Source of the DNA: Candidatus Saccharimonadota bacterium
GTDB lineage: Bacteria > Patescibacteriota > Saccharimonadia > Saccharimonadales > UBA4665
DNA: 64,000 bases
Reading direction: 5' to 3'
NCBI GenBank assembly: GCA_027327085.1
Contig: DAHWAT010000001.1
Span: forward strand, 3,867 to 67,866
Each line of letters opens with the position of its first letter. Positions within the stretch are counted from its first letter, which is position 1. Below are positions 24,864-34,429 of the stretch, piece by piece. A model generated the notes under the pieces. It made no database searches and was not told where the DNA came from. It worked only from the letters and a program-made list of their open reading frames with translations. The position numbers were made by a program, and so were the translations under genes.

Positions 24864-25538
24864 ATGAAAAGATATTCTCGCAAAATTGGTATTTTAGGAA
24901 CTATTTTAGGCCTAGTACTAATTGGCACAGCCTCAGCAATGGCTTTGCCGCCTCAGGCTAGCGCCAAAGCTCAGGCTGGCACTAGCGTATCTGCCCACAC
25001 TAGCGCTGCCTCTACGTCTGGCAGCCTATCGGCTAATGTAAGCGCAAATAGTAATAGTCACGCTTCTAATAATGCTGCTCAAGCTAGTAGTAATGGTCAA
25101 ACGCACTTAGCGGCAGCTCAGCTTAGAGCCTGTCAAAACCGTCAAAACGCGGTTACTAACATCATTAACCGAATTAACACTCGCACCCAGAATCAACTCA
25201 CGCTGTTTAGTACCATTGCGGTGAGGGTCGAAACTTTTTACACCACCAAGAGCAAAACTGTTAGCAACTACAATCAGTTAGTTGCTAATATAGCCAGTGC
25301 TAAGACTCAAGCAAATAGCGACCTTGCGATCATGAAGAATAATAGTAGCTTTAACTGCTCATCGGTTAATCCTAAGGGTATGGTTGAAGCATTTCAGGGT
25401 TATTTGAAAGCTTCGATCGCCGACCTTCAGAACTTTAGGACTGCGGTTAAGAACCTTATAGTAGCTGTTGCTACGGCTAATGGCGTATCCGTATCTGGAT
25501 CAACTCAAACCAGTAACACACAAGGGGGTACTAACTAA
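24864..25538 (+). CDS. secreted A/S/N-rich protein of unknown function
   Basis: Signal peptide ...GTASAMA. TAATG stop/start overlap with the downstream pilin-like gene. Confidence 0.5.
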   Translation: MKRYSRKIGILGTILGLVLIGTASAMALPPQASAKAQAGTSVSAHTSAASTSGSLSANVSANSNSHASNNAAQASSNGQTHLAAAQLRACQNRQNAVTNIINRINTRTQNQLTLFSTIAVRVETFYTTKSKTVSNYNQLVANIASAKTQANSDLAIMKNNSSFNCSSVNPKGMVEAFQGYLKASIADLQNFRTAVKNLIVAVATANGVSVSGSTQTSNTQGGTN

Positions 25539-25834
25539 TGAAAAAGTTAAATAAATCCGGTTTTGCTCTTTTTGAGGCAATCATAATCGTGGTAATTATA
25601 GTAGCGATAGTAGCAGTTGGTTACTTAGTGATTAAGGGTCATAAAAGTAGTGGCTCAAATACTGCCCTCAATAATGGATCGACTTATCAGTCTCCTACAA
25701 CCTCAACTCCGGCAGCACCCCAGATTAATAGTGCCTCTGACTTAAATAGTGCTATGTCAGCACTCAACCAAGCGGGTATTAGCTCCAACACTACCGATAG
25801 CAATCAGCTTAGTAGCCAAACTAGCAGCTTCTAA
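25538..25834 (+). CDS. prepilin-type (type IV pilin-like) protein
   Basis: Class III signal KSG-FALFEAIIIVVIIVAIVAV (G/F-x-x-x-E). Confidence 0.65.
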   Translation: MKKLNKSGFALFEAIIIVVIIVAIVAVGYLVIKGHKSSGSNTALNNGSTYQSPTTSTPAAPQINSASDLNSAMSALNQAGISSNTTDSNQLSSQTSSF

Positions 25835-25842
25835 AAACACTT

Positions 25843-26343
25843 TTAAATAGACTTATTTTGTCGCCTTAAGTGTTTGATTCTGAATGGTACGAATCTAGGC
25901 ACTGTCTTTGAGTAGTGTTTATAGCCTACAAATTTTTCCTGCAAAAAGCTTTCTTCATATTGGGATTTGTAGTAAAACAAGATTAGAAGCATTAAGAACA
26001 GTAGATATTTGTATGCTTCGCCGCTCTGTAAACTTAAGCCTAAACTAAAAGCTAGAACACTGGCATACATTGGGTGCCGCGAGAATCTGTATAGCCCGGT
26101 TGTTACCAAAGTACTGTCTTGTTTTGGGAGAGGCATTACTGTCAGTGAATGCTTTAGGCTGAAAGCTGAGGCTAAAACACCTAAAGCCCCAAGAATTTCT
26201 AGCCCAATGCCAACTGGAGTAAACGAAACTAGACTAAGTTCTATTGGTGAACGACTAAAGATTAACAGTAGAAGAAGTATTGCTTGCCCAAAAACGAATA
26301 GTTTAGCTTTTGTTAATTTTAGTTGAGTGTCAAAGTTATTCAC
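25843..26343 (-). CDS. ICMT/PEMT-family membrane methyltransferase
   Basis: TTGLYRFSRHPMYASVLAFSLG motif within a multi-TM protein. Confidence 0.65.
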   Translation of the reverse strand: MNNFDTQLKLTKAKLFVFGQAILLLLLIFSRSPIELSLVSFTPVGIGLEILGALGVLASAFSLKHSLTVMPLPKQDSTLVTTGLYRFSRHPMYASVLAFSLGLSLQSGEAYKYLLFLMLLILFYYKSQYEESFLQEKFVGYKHYSKTVPRFVPFRIKHLRRQNKSI

Positions 26344-26361
26344 TGAAGTTATTTTTTGACA

Positions 26362-26607
26362 CTACTTTGTCAAGAGACTTTCAAATCTTTGACGATCAAA
26401 ACCGACAATCTTCTCTAATCGTCCATCGTCATACTCAATCGTACTAAAGGGTACACCTAATTGACCGCTCAAATTTATCATCATTTGAGCAGCAAACGGA
26501 TTTTCGTCAACACTATAGTTTGTAAATTCGATAGATTGTTCTTTTAACCAACTCTTTAACATTTGGCACCACCCGCAAGTTTTAGTACTATATACTGTTA
26601 TTTTCAT
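26362..26607 (-). CDS. glutaredoxin/NrdH-like thioredoxin-fold protein
   Basis: 81 aa. VYSTKTCGWCQMLKSWL carries the CxxC motif, and GVPFS follows. Confidence 0.7.
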   Translation of the reverse strand: MKITVYSTKTCGWCQMLKSWLKEQSIEFTNYSVDENPFAAQMMINLSGQLGVPFSTIEYDDGRLEKIVGFDRQRFESLLTK

Positions 26608-26623
26608 ATATCCTCCTTATTTT

Positions 26624-27019
26624 TTAGGTTAATTGACAGCTATGACAACGGCCAGCAATAGTTAATCGGCTAGATAAGCTAAAACCTTTTAACGATTGTT
26701 CTAGTAAAGGCTGTAGTTGATCCTTTATATCAATATCTACTAATCTATCGCAGGCTTGACACAAAAAATGATCATGTTGACTAGAGTTAATGTCATAACG
26801 AGTTGAGCCGCGTTTATTAGCTGGGGCAATACCAATTTGATCGCGACTGGCTAATCTGGCAGTAGCTCTGTGAACAGTCGTAGCGCTTAGATTAGGGTAG
26901 AGCTGCCGTAGGTCTTGTAGAAGTTCAAGATTAGTAGCATGTCCCATTTTAGTTAAAGACTCAACCAGAGCCTTACAATATTTGGTTTGACGACTGTTGC
27001 CTATTTTATAATCGACCAT
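26624..27019 (-). CDS. Fur-family metalloregulator (Fur/Zur/PerR)
   Basis: Winged-helix N-terminus ...SATTVHRATARL, then HDHFLCQACDRLVDI and C-terminal CHSC metal-site motifs. Confidence 0.8.
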   Translation of the reverse strand: MVDYKIGNSRQTKYCKALVESLTKMGHATNLELLQDLRQLYPNLSATTVHRATARLASRDQIGIAPANKRGSTRYDINSSQHDHFLCQACDRLVDIDIKDQLQPLLEQSLKGFSLSSRLTIAGRCHSCQLT

Positions 27020-27049
27020 AAAAGCATTATATATATTTTATTTGCTATT

Positions 27050-27086
27050 GTAAATGATTTACATTAAACTAATTATAAATCATTTA
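27050..27086. promoter_or_regulatory. two Fur-box-like palindromes in the divergent fur/rhodanese intergenic region
   Basis: GTAAAT-G-ATTTAC (27050-27062) and TAAAT-C-ATTTA (27076-27086). The two are reverse complements of each other. Confidence 0.5.
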
Positions 27087-27098
27087 AGAAAGGGTAGT

Positions 27099-27359
27099 AT
27101 GGCAAAATTAATTATCGACGTTAGGGAACCAATCGAATTTAAAATCAGTCATGTTAAAGGAGCTGTTAATCTACCTTTATCAAAGCTTAGTAGGGAGCAT
27201 GATTTGCTTACTCAAACGCCGAAAGATACAGAGATTATTCTATACTGCCATAGCGGTAACCGATCACATCAAGCTATGATGTTCTTTCAAAGTCTAGGCT
27301 TTACTAATTTAAAAAACGGTATCAATAAGCGTCATACCGAAGCAAATCATTTATCCTAA
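27099..27359 (+). CDS. single-domain rhodanese-like sulfurtransferase
   Basis: The ATG at 27099 follows AAGAAAGGG. IDVREPIEFKISHVKGAVNLP and the active-site loop YCHSGNRS are present. Confidence 0.8.
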   Translation: MAKLIIDVREPIEFKISHVKGAVNLPLSKLSREHDLLTQTPKDTEIILYCHSGNRSHQAMMFFQSLGFTNLKNGINKRHTEANHLS

Positions 27360-27406
27360 ATAGATCAATTATCTATAAACTTAACAGGTTAAGGGTGGCT
27401 TAAGTT

Positions 27407-28864
27407 TTAGTTAAATTTAAAATTAATCGCTAACCTACCAACTAAAAGATAGGCTTGATTTCTTGATGACACACCATAGATAAAACTATTTTTAAACTTT
27501 TTAGCCTCATGTGTGCCTAATTTTTCTAAATCAACAATATCTACACTTAATCCTTTTTTAGTTTGAGCGACTTTGTTTTGGCATAAAACAATAAATTGTT
27601 TAATATCTTCTTCTTTATAATCTAGCTTAAGACTATTAAATAAATGCTTGATTTTAGCTTCGACTAGGCTGACTTCGTCTGCTTTTTCATCAACCGGATC
27701 ATCTTCTTTTAGTATGCCCAGTCGATTCAGGCTGGTATTAATATCTAGTAGTAGCTCGGACTGGTTAGGCTCTAAGTCCTCTATCGTTTCTATTAATTCC
27801 CCTATTTTGACTTTGACTTGATTTTCCTCTAGTGAAACAATATAGGCTGCTTCTTGTTCGGCTGTAGCGTCTAAGCTGTCTGCCTTTATCGCGCTCGTTA
27901 GATCACCCTCAGGAGCAAGATGAGTTTCATCGGTTGACTGATATGGCTCTACTAGCCATTCTTTTTGGTTAAAACTTAAGTCGATGGGCAGATTATCACT
28001 TGCTACCTCAGCAGCTTCAGCAGTCATAGGACTAGCTAAATTGATGTCTATAGACTTTTCTAATAAGTCTGGCTTTTCAATTAAAATTTTTGGTTTAAAC
28101 ACATTGGCTATAGGTTTAACTGCAATTTGCTTAAGCCAAGAGAAAGCTGGTTGGAAGTTTTGCTTAGCCGGCTTACTGTTAGGCCGTATTGCCCCTAATT
28201 GTTCTTTTACCTTACTAGTAGGTTTGGCGATTAAGTTTGGCTTAGATATACTGCTCTCTTCTTTGGGCTTAGTCTTGGCTACATTGGGACCATTTGGTTG
28301 CTGCATAGGTCGTTTTGAAATATCCATGGTTTTCTTTAATTGTTCGTTTGCCTGATTAGGTTTGGCTGTCAATTTTTGCTCACTAGAACCAATGATTTTA
28401 GATGGTTCATCTGAAATTTTATGGCTTAAGTGGTCAATTTCAGCTTGTCGATGGCCTATATCAATAAGTTCTTGCTTAATCTTAGATGGTTTAACGGTCA
28501 TGGTGTCACTGACTTTATTAGTCTGTAGTCTGACTATCGGATCTATTTGAGCTTTACTGCCCTCGTTAGATAAGCTTTTTTGTTTAGCTGATTCCGCCAA
28601 GTTATCGATCAATGACTTAAAACCTTTTAAATCACCCTGTTCTATTATTTGATAAGATTCTCTCATAGCTTCTATGGCAGTATTGCCTAAGCCGTTCAAG
28701 AAGGGACACTCGCCTTTTGCGACTGCCTGATCAAATTCTGAAGTTGTAACATTTAGAAATTGAGGGTGATTATCTGGCTGACTAAGCCCAGCTAAATAAT
28801 TGCCAGATTCAATTGCTTGATTAACTTCTAAATCTAGCCCAGTTAATGCTTCAGCTTGGGCCAT
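27407..28864 (-). CDS. hypothetical, largely low-complexity K/E/Q/P-rich protein
   Basis: Long uninterrupted ORF with no recognisable motif. Confidence 0.45.
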   Translation of the reverse strand: MAQAEALTGLDLEVNQAIESGNYLAGLSQPDNHPQFLNVTTSEFDQAVAKGECPFLNGLGNTAIEAMRESYQIIEQGDLKGFKSLIDNLAESAKQKSLSNEGSKAQIDPIVRLQTNKVSDTMTVKPSKIKQELIDIGHRQAEIDHLSHKISDEPSKIIGSSEQKLTAKPNQANEQLKKTMDISKRPMQQPNGPNVAKTKPKEESSISKPNLIAKPTSKVKEQLGAIRPNSKPAKQNFQPAFSWLKQIAVKPIANVFKPKILIEKPDLLEKSIDINLASPMTAEAAEVASDNLPIDLSFNQKEWLVEPYQSTDETHLAPEGDLTSAIKADSLDATAEQEAAYIVSLEENQVKVKIGELIETIEDLEPNQSELLLDINTSLNRLGILKEDDPVDEKADEVSLVEAKIKHLFNSLKLDYKEEDIKQFIVLCQNKVAQTKKGLSVDIVDLEKLGTHEAKKFKNSFIYGVSSRNQAYLLVGRLAINFKFN

Positions 28865-28868
28865 AAAT

Positions 28869-29111
28869 TTACGATTTTCCTTCTTCTGAAACTATAGCTA
28901 CTAAATAGCTCATGAACATCTTTGGCCAATCCTTTGTCAAATGTTCAATTTTGCATTTAGTTATAAGCTCAGGTACATTTCCCTCTTCCCCCCTAAAAGA
29001 AGTGTCTACGTCCTTTACAGAACTAAGACCAAACACATCTAGGGCGTTATTGACTGATTCCAGGGTAGGATAGCCTGAACCGTTATCAACAAATGGAATT
29101 TCGGGGTTCAT
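28869..29111 (-). CDS. hypothetical small protein, tightly coupled upstream of 27407-28864
   Basis: 80 aa with a 4-nt gap to the next gene. Confidence 0.4.
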   Translation of the reverse strand: MNPEIPFVDNGSGYPTLESVNNALDVFGLSSVKDVDTSFRGEEGNVPELITKCKIEHLTKDWPKMFMSYLVAIVSEEGKS

Positions 29112-29171
29112 ATTGTTATTCTAGCCTATTTTACGGTTCTTAACCAAATTCTAGTATTGAAGTAAAGCTGA

Positions 29172-30701
29172 TTAAGCGTAGCCAGAGAAGAAGTCCATCT
29201 TTATATTATGGTGGTGAACTCCCATGCTGAGCAGCGCCAGTTCAACGCTCTCGACCATATCATGAGTACCGGATATGTAAAACAGGCACTCCTCATAATC
29301 CGGTACTGCTCTTTGTAATAAACGTTTATTGATAAGGCCATTGATCATATTTTTTTGATTGGCCTCTTCTTTACCAGATAAAACATAGAGTGTTTTCATA
29401 CCGATAGCACTTCTAGCCTCTTCAAATACGTCTTTATAGGCTATATCGGCTTTAGTTTTAACGGCATAAAGCATTCTGACTGACCGATTTTCCCGATTAT
29501 CGATTAAGTATTTAACCATGCTCCTAAAAGGTGTAACACCTATGCCCCCGGCAATAAAAACCAGTTTTTGTGCTGGATCATTTGGCAAGACAAAGTCACC
29601 GGCAATTTGAGCGGCTACAATTTGTGAGTTTTGATTTATGTCTAGCATAGCCTCTTTAAAACTACTCGATTGCTCATAAAACTTAACACCTATTTTTAGA
29701 GTTGGCTCGGTAGGTGAAGAAGCAATGGTAAACCAACGCCTACTACCCCGATTATCCGGATTCTCATGAGGTAAGGTAAACTCCATATATTGCCCAGGTT
29801 CAAAAGCGAATTGCTTGCCTGGTAAGAACTCAAATTCAACTGTATCTCTAGCTATTTGGATCTTATTTTTCAGTATTGGGAACAGCTTGGTTTTTGAAGA
29901 TACCAGGTAGGCAAAGATGTTACCTATTACTAACCCTATCTCTGGAGTTGTATATACCGAACCGAGATGGACCTGTGGCGCAATTAGAAAGCCCACTATA
30001 CCAGCATAGACAAGTTGTTTATTGCGCGTCGTTGGCGAAGTGTACGGCTCAGTTAGCATTACAAAAGCTAAAAAGAAAGCCGGTGAGCTTAGTGTCATGT
30101 TTTTCAAGTTTAGCAGCACGCCTGATTTATCTATTACAGAATATACAGCAGTAGTTATAGCCGTAACAACTAAGAAAGTGATGACCATGTGCTCTTTTCT
30201 AAGCTTTCTAGTTATTAGTATGCCGCCAATTAACACAAACGGTAACATCATTGCTGTGCCCATCCACCAGCTTGCACCCTGATTAGAACCAAAATAGGTT
30301 AAAACTACCGCTATGGCTGCAGGGTTAAAAATGTGTTTTTGGCCGATTGTTAAAATATATTTTGAGGCAATTGCCAGCCCTGAAGCTGCTAAAACGAATA
30401 GGATACCGAAGTTGTTAAGAGTTGGCGGTATAATCAGGGCAATTATAAGCCCGGTTAAAATCGACGACTCCGGATTAATAGGAGCCTCAAAAATACGGGC
30501 AAATACTAAATTAATAATCCAACAAGCAATTACGGCAATGATAGCACTAAGGCCTATTTGGATTGGACTATAATGCATGTCTTTAACAGCGCTAAGTCCA
30601 ATCGCTACAATAAGTAAGCCTACAAGATAGTAAAGCAGTAGCCTATACATTGATACGCCATTAATCAATTTGTCTATGGGATTAAAAAACTTAAGAAACA
30701 T
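29172..30701 (-). CDS. fusion of RnfD/NqrB-like membrane domain with FNR-type FAD/NAD(P)-binding reductase domain
   Basis: The N-terminal multi-TM region carries TGLIIALIIPP and FNPAAIAVV, both RnfD/NqrB-like. The C-terminal domain carries RRWFTIASSP (RxYS-type FAD motif) and GGIGVTPF. Confidence 0.7.
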   Translation of the reverse strand: MFLKFFNPIDKLINGVSMYRLLLYYLVGLLIVAIGLSAVKDMHYSPIQIGLSAIIAVIACWIINLVFARIFEAPINPESSILTGLIIALIIPPTLNNFGILFVLAASGLAIASKYILTIGQKHIFNPAAIAVVLTYFGSNQGASWWMGTAMMLPFVLIGGILITRKLRKEHMVITFLVVTAITTAVYSVIDKSGVLLNLKNMTLSSPAFFLAFVMLTEPYTSPTTRNKQLVYAGIVGFLIAPQVHLGSVYTTPEIGLVIGNIFAYLVSSKTKLFPILKNKIQIARDTVEFEFLPGKQFAFEPGQYMEFTLPHENPDNRGSRRWFTIASSPTEPTLKIGVKFYEQSSSFKEAMLDINQNSQIVAAQIAGDFVLPNDPAQKLVFIAGGIGVTPFRSMVKYLIDNRENRSVRMLYAVKTKADIAYKDVFEEARSAIGMKTLYVLSGKEEANQKNMINGLINKRLLQRAVPDYEECLFYISGTHDMVESVELALLSMGVHHHNIKMDFFSGYA

Positions 30702-31425
30702 ATTGGTTAAATCCTGAAGTTAAAGTTGCTATGCCTTTAGTATTAATCATATAAGCCTCATATCCTTTAAGCCTTTCAATAAAATTAATGCCTACCTCGC
30801 CCATAGCGAAGGCAGCTGTTGCTAAACGATCTGCATGGTAAACATTGGGGCCTATGACTGTTAGACTGGCGATACCGACTGGTGACTTATAGCCATCTAA
30901 GGGATTATAGATATGACTACCTCTTATGTAGTTACCTGAGGTTGCCACACCGGCATTAGTTAGCCTAATCACCTTAACAATTTCTGCAATATTAAATGGG
31001 TTACGAATACCAATTTCCCAGGGCTGTCTTTGCTGATTCAAGCCATAGACTTGAATGTCTCCACCTGCTTCAATGTAGAAATCGGTTAACTTGTTAAGCA
31101 ATAGTTGATTAGCGGCATTTTGGATTGCCCAACCCTTTACCAGGCCTGAAGGGTCTATGGTATCGTCTTTTTTATATATTTGAAAAAATCCGTTGGTTTG
31201 CCTTGCGGTCTTATCGCATAAATCTAGGACAAGTTGCATATCTAAAGATAAGTTGGTTTTATGACCCTGATTTAGTAAACTGACCTCACTAGTTTTTTTG
31301 TAGGTACTAAACCGACTATCTATATCTTTAAAATAGTTGAAGCAGTCTTTAATCTTAGCGCTGCTATTTTTATGATTGACTTCGATAGTTATAGGCATTC
31401 CCATTATAATTCTTGTGGCCTTCAT
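30691..31425 (-). CDS. apbE: FAD:protein FMN transferase (ApbE family)
   Basis: MGMPITIE, DPSGLVKGWA, EAGGDI, WEIGIRNP, ATSGNY and ADRLATAAF motifs. Confidence 0.8.
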   Translation of the reverse strand: MKATRIIMGMPITIEVNHKNSSAKIKDCFNYFKDIDSRFSTYKKTSEVSLLNQGHKTNLSLDMQLVLDLCDKTARQTNGFFQIYKKDDTIDPSGLVKGWAIQNAANQLLLNKLTDFYIEAGGDIQVYGLNQQRQPWEIGIRNPFNIAEIVKVIRLTNAGVATSGNYIRGSHIYNPLDGYKSPVGIASLTVIGPNVYHADRLATAAFAMGEVGINFIERLKGYEAYMINTKGIATLTSGFNQYVS

Positions 31426-31426
31426 T

Positions 31427-31918
31427 TTAAGCCTGTCTTAATGCCGCCTGAAGTGATTGAACAAATGCTTGTGAAGTAAAAGTAGCTCCCGTAATCAGTT
31501 GTACGTTTGCGCTTTGAGCTTGAATTGTTTCTTGTTTTAAATAAGGCATGACTTGTTGGTTAATGATCACTGATGTTGTGTGAGAATTTGGGTATTGCAG
31601 GAATTTAACATCAGTTATTTTGCCGCCACTGATAATCACCCGAACCTGGACATTACCGTAGTAGGCGTTAGCCACACTGCCGGTGTATGTGCCGTCCTTA
31701 TATGTTGCAGAGCTAGACTGACTAGATGTAGTATTAGCATTACTATTACCATTAGCAGGGGGTGTACCCGAGCCGGAAGATGCGCTATTATTGGCACTGG
31801 CTTTTTTTAGAGAAGCTGGTTTTGTTAAAACTGGAGCCACATGCCTTATGCCAACACTATAGATACCAAAGATAATCAGCACAGCGAAACCAATCGTAAC
31901 TTTTTTTGCTAAATTCAT
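31427..31918 (-). CDS. membrane-anchored FMN-binding-domain protein (ApbE substrate type)
   Basis: N-terminal TM anchor and an S/N-rich linker. The FMN_bind-like domain ends in ITGATFTSQAF, a flavinylation-type [ST]GAT motif. Confidence 0.7.
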   Translation of the reverse strand: MNLAKKVTIGFAVLIIFGIYSVGIRHVAPVLTKPASLKKASANNSASSGSGTPPANGNSNANTTSSQSSSATYKDGTYTGSVANAYYGNVQVRVIISGGKITDVKFLQYPNSHTTSVIINQQVMPYLKQETIQAQSANVQLITGATFTSQAFVQSLQAALRQA

Positions 31919-31985
31919 AAATTTTCCGTCTTAATTTGTAATAATGAGGCTATTATCTGGTAAATTCCTGTAATTTTTCTGATTA

Positions 31986-32969
31986 TTAAGCCTTTTTTAA
32001 TTTGATGGTAACGGTTGTGCCTTTAGACTGCACACTAGTAACATAGATGCTGCCACCGTAGTGCTCAGCAATGTCTTTAGCCAGAGGCAAACCTAAGCCG
32101 TATCCACTAGCGTTGGGTCCTTCACTACTAGAAGAACGGTAAAAGTGCTCAAATATATGGGGCATGTCTTTAACGGAAATGCCGATTCCCTCATCTATAA
32201 CTTTTATGACTATAGCTTCATTAGAGGCTTCAACATTAATTTTAATCGGTTGATCGGCTAGACTATATTTGTAAGCATTATCTACAACTATTGTCAGTAA
32301 TTGCTCTAAAGCAGTTGGATCAATCTTAGCCTTTAAGCCTTTAGGGCAACTAATCTTTAGTCTGTTTTTATCCTTTTGTTGACGATTAACTAGGTTAGTC
32401 ACTCCATTTAGGGCTTCCTTTAAGTCAGTTATCTGGCCATTAACCGGTTTGGTGAATTTGAATTTACCCATATATAGCAGGTGTTCCGTTAAGGCTTGTA
32501 GCCGGTCAATGTCTTTGAGATTATTTTGTAGAGTCTCCTCTAGCTGTCTATATGAAGGATGTTTTTGTAATAATATCGATTCTGTATCGGCCTTCATAGC
32601 CGTTATGGGTGTTCTCAGTTCATGGCTGGCTTCCGCCGTAAATCTCAACTGCTGATTATGTGTTTCCTCGATTGGTTTTAAAGTGCGTTTAGCTAAAAAG
32701 AAGCCTAGCCCTATCGATCCACCTAAAACAACCAGATTAAAATAGATAAGATCCTTTTTTAAGATATTGCTTCGATCGCTAAATTCATTTTGCGCAGGCA
32801 GGCTAGTATTGTCGTGATCAAAATCAACTAATTGCTGAAATTGGCTATTTAAGCCTTCACTTAATTCATGGGTAGCAAAGTGGTAAAACACAAAACTAAA
32901 GATAAGACTTAAGGCCATTGTTAAGACTACGTAAACAGTGGTTAATTTAACTATTGCCGAACGAAACAC
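31986..32969 (-). CDS. membrane sensor histidine kinase
   Basis: Two TM helices, H box EASHELRTPITAM, N box DNAYKYS, and G boxes DEGIGI / GYGLGLPLAK. Confidence 0.85.
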   Translation of the reverse strand: MFRSAIVKLTTVYVVLTMALSLIFSFVFYHFATHELSEGLNSQFQQLVDFDHDNTSLPAQNEFSDRSNILKKDLIYFNLVVLGGSIGLGFFLAKRTLKPIEETHNQQLRFTAEASHELRTPITAMKADTESILLQKHPSYRQLEETLQNNLKDIDRLQALTEHLLYMGKFKFTKPVNGQITDLKEALNGVTNLVNRQQKDKNRLKISCPKGLKAKIDPTALEQLLTIVVDNAYKYSLADQPIKINVEASNEAIVIKVIDEGIGISVKDMPHIFEHFYRSSSSEGPNASGYGLGLPLAKDIAEHYGGSIYVTSVQSKGTTVTIKLKKA

Positions 32970-33649
32970 TAATCATCTCCAAGCTTATAGCCAAAGCCAT
33001 GAACAGTATTAATTAATCGTTGGCTACCTGGCAAAACCTTATTGAACTTCTTTCTTAAGGCAGCAATGTAGACTTCTACCGTATTGGGCAAAATGTCGGC
33101 ATCGTCATCCCAAGCATGTAGGATTATGCTATCTTTTGACACAATTTTATCCTTATTATGAGCCAGGTAGGCTAAGAGTTTGAATTCGCGAGGCGACAAT
33201 TTAACGTCAAGCTCTTTTAGGGTGACTCTAAAGGTCTCTAAATTAATTTCAAGATCGCCAGCTTTAACAACTGGACCAATTGAACTCTTTGGTCGTCTAA
33301 GTAGAACTTTTGTCCGCATAATTAGTTCTGCCATTGAAAAAGGTTTAACCATATAATCATCAGCCCCATTTTCAAGGCCGGTCAGTTTATCTGTCATAGA
33401 GCCTAAGGCTGTTAGCATTAAGATCGGCGTTGTTATCTTGTTTTGCCTAACTTTTCGACAAATGGTCAGACCATCAATATCACCCGGCAGCATTCTGTCT
33501 AAAATAATAAGATCGTACTCTGGGCTAAGGGCATAACTTAGGCCGCTATCGGCATCGGCTACAACATCAACAGCAAAATGCTCAGTCATTAAAGACCTCT
33601 TGATGGCCTGGGCAATTCGAGCTTCATCCTCAATCAGTAATATTCTCAT
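32969..33649 (-). CDS. OmpR/PhoB-family response regulator
   Basis: Receiver domain (ILLIEDE, LIILDRMLPG) plus a winged-helix output domain (LSPREFKLLAYL..., GFGYKL). Confidence 0.88.
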   Translation of the reverse strand: MRILLIEDEARIAQAIKRSLMTEHFAVDVVADADSGLSYALSPEYDLIILDRMLPGDIDGLTICRKVRQNKITTPILMLTALGSMTDKLTGLENGADDYMVKPFSMAELIMRTKVLLRRPKSSIGPVVKAGDLEINLETFRVTLKELDVKLSPREFKLLAYLAHNKDKIVSKDSIILHAWDDDADILPNTVEVYIAALRKKFNKVLPGSQRLINTVHGFGYKLGDD

Positions 33650-33678
33650 GACTTTACAGAGTATAACGTATTTTTAGT

Positions 33679-34428
33679 TTAAGCTATATCTCGCTTATTA
33701 AAAAGTAGCCAAGCTAGCGTTAGTGAGACAAATAGATAAGCCAGAAAAACCAGCATGGCATGAGCATGAGAAAGACTAGCATTAGCCACATTGATACCAG
33801 CACCTAGCGTTTGATGAAGAGCACTAAAAGGTAAGTAAACTGTATTCTTTTTAAGCCAGATGCTTAGTAGTCCTTCGACTGTATCAGGCACTATAAAAAG
33901 AGTGACGATTGCACCAATTTGATTGCGGATGATCGCAGCAATAACTAAACCAGCCATTGACATCCCCCAGCCGAACATTAGCCCTCGCCAAATTATTGCA
34001 CCATAGTAGAAATGTTGATATACCAGGTGAACATGATTCACGTTCATGCCAAGTTTGGTCAGTAATGGGGCAAGCAAGCCAACGATGGCCGTCACGGCTA
34101 AACTTAGAACGCTAATGACCAAGAGCTTAGCCAAAAACACCTTGTTACGGTTGTTACTTAAACTAATTGTGTAAGCTGACATATCGTACCTAAACTCATG
34201 CGTAAACAATAATACGCCTATTAGAGCTGGGAATATAGCTAGTGCATTGATAGCTTGTAAATCAACATTAAACAAGTGAGTTGGGTCTAATAAATCAATC
34301 TTGTTGGTATGCCACCCGCCGACATAGAACCCCAGAAGGACTAAAAGAGCTAGCATGATGGCAAAGATAATGTAAGTCGAACGGATAGTAAAAACTTTTC
34401 TAAATTCTGCTATTAATTGTCGGTTCAT
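33679..34428 (-). CDS. ABC-2-type transporter permease
   Basis: Six hydrophobic segments. It lies immediately downstream of the ABC ATPase with a 1-nt gap. Confidence 0.65.
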   Translation of the reverse strand: MNRQLIAEFRKVFTIRSTYIIFAIMLALLVLLGFYVGGWHTNKIDLLDPTHLFNVDLQAINALAIFPALIGVLLFTHEFRYDMSAYTISLSNNRNKVFLAKLLVISVLSLAVTAIVGLLAPLLTKLGMNVNHVHLVYQHFYYGAIIWRGLMFGWGMSMAGLVIAAIIRNQIGAIVTLFIVPDTVEGLLSIWLKKNTVYLPFSALHQTLGAGINVANASLSHAHAMLVFLAYLFVSLTLAWLLFNKRDIA

Positions 34429-34429
34429 C

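Noticed and set aside
27054-27098. Track start of the rhodanese ORF at 27054
   Set aside because: That stretch is occupied by the Fur-box palindromes. The ATG at 27099 has an AAGAAAGGG RBS and begins the conserved domain.
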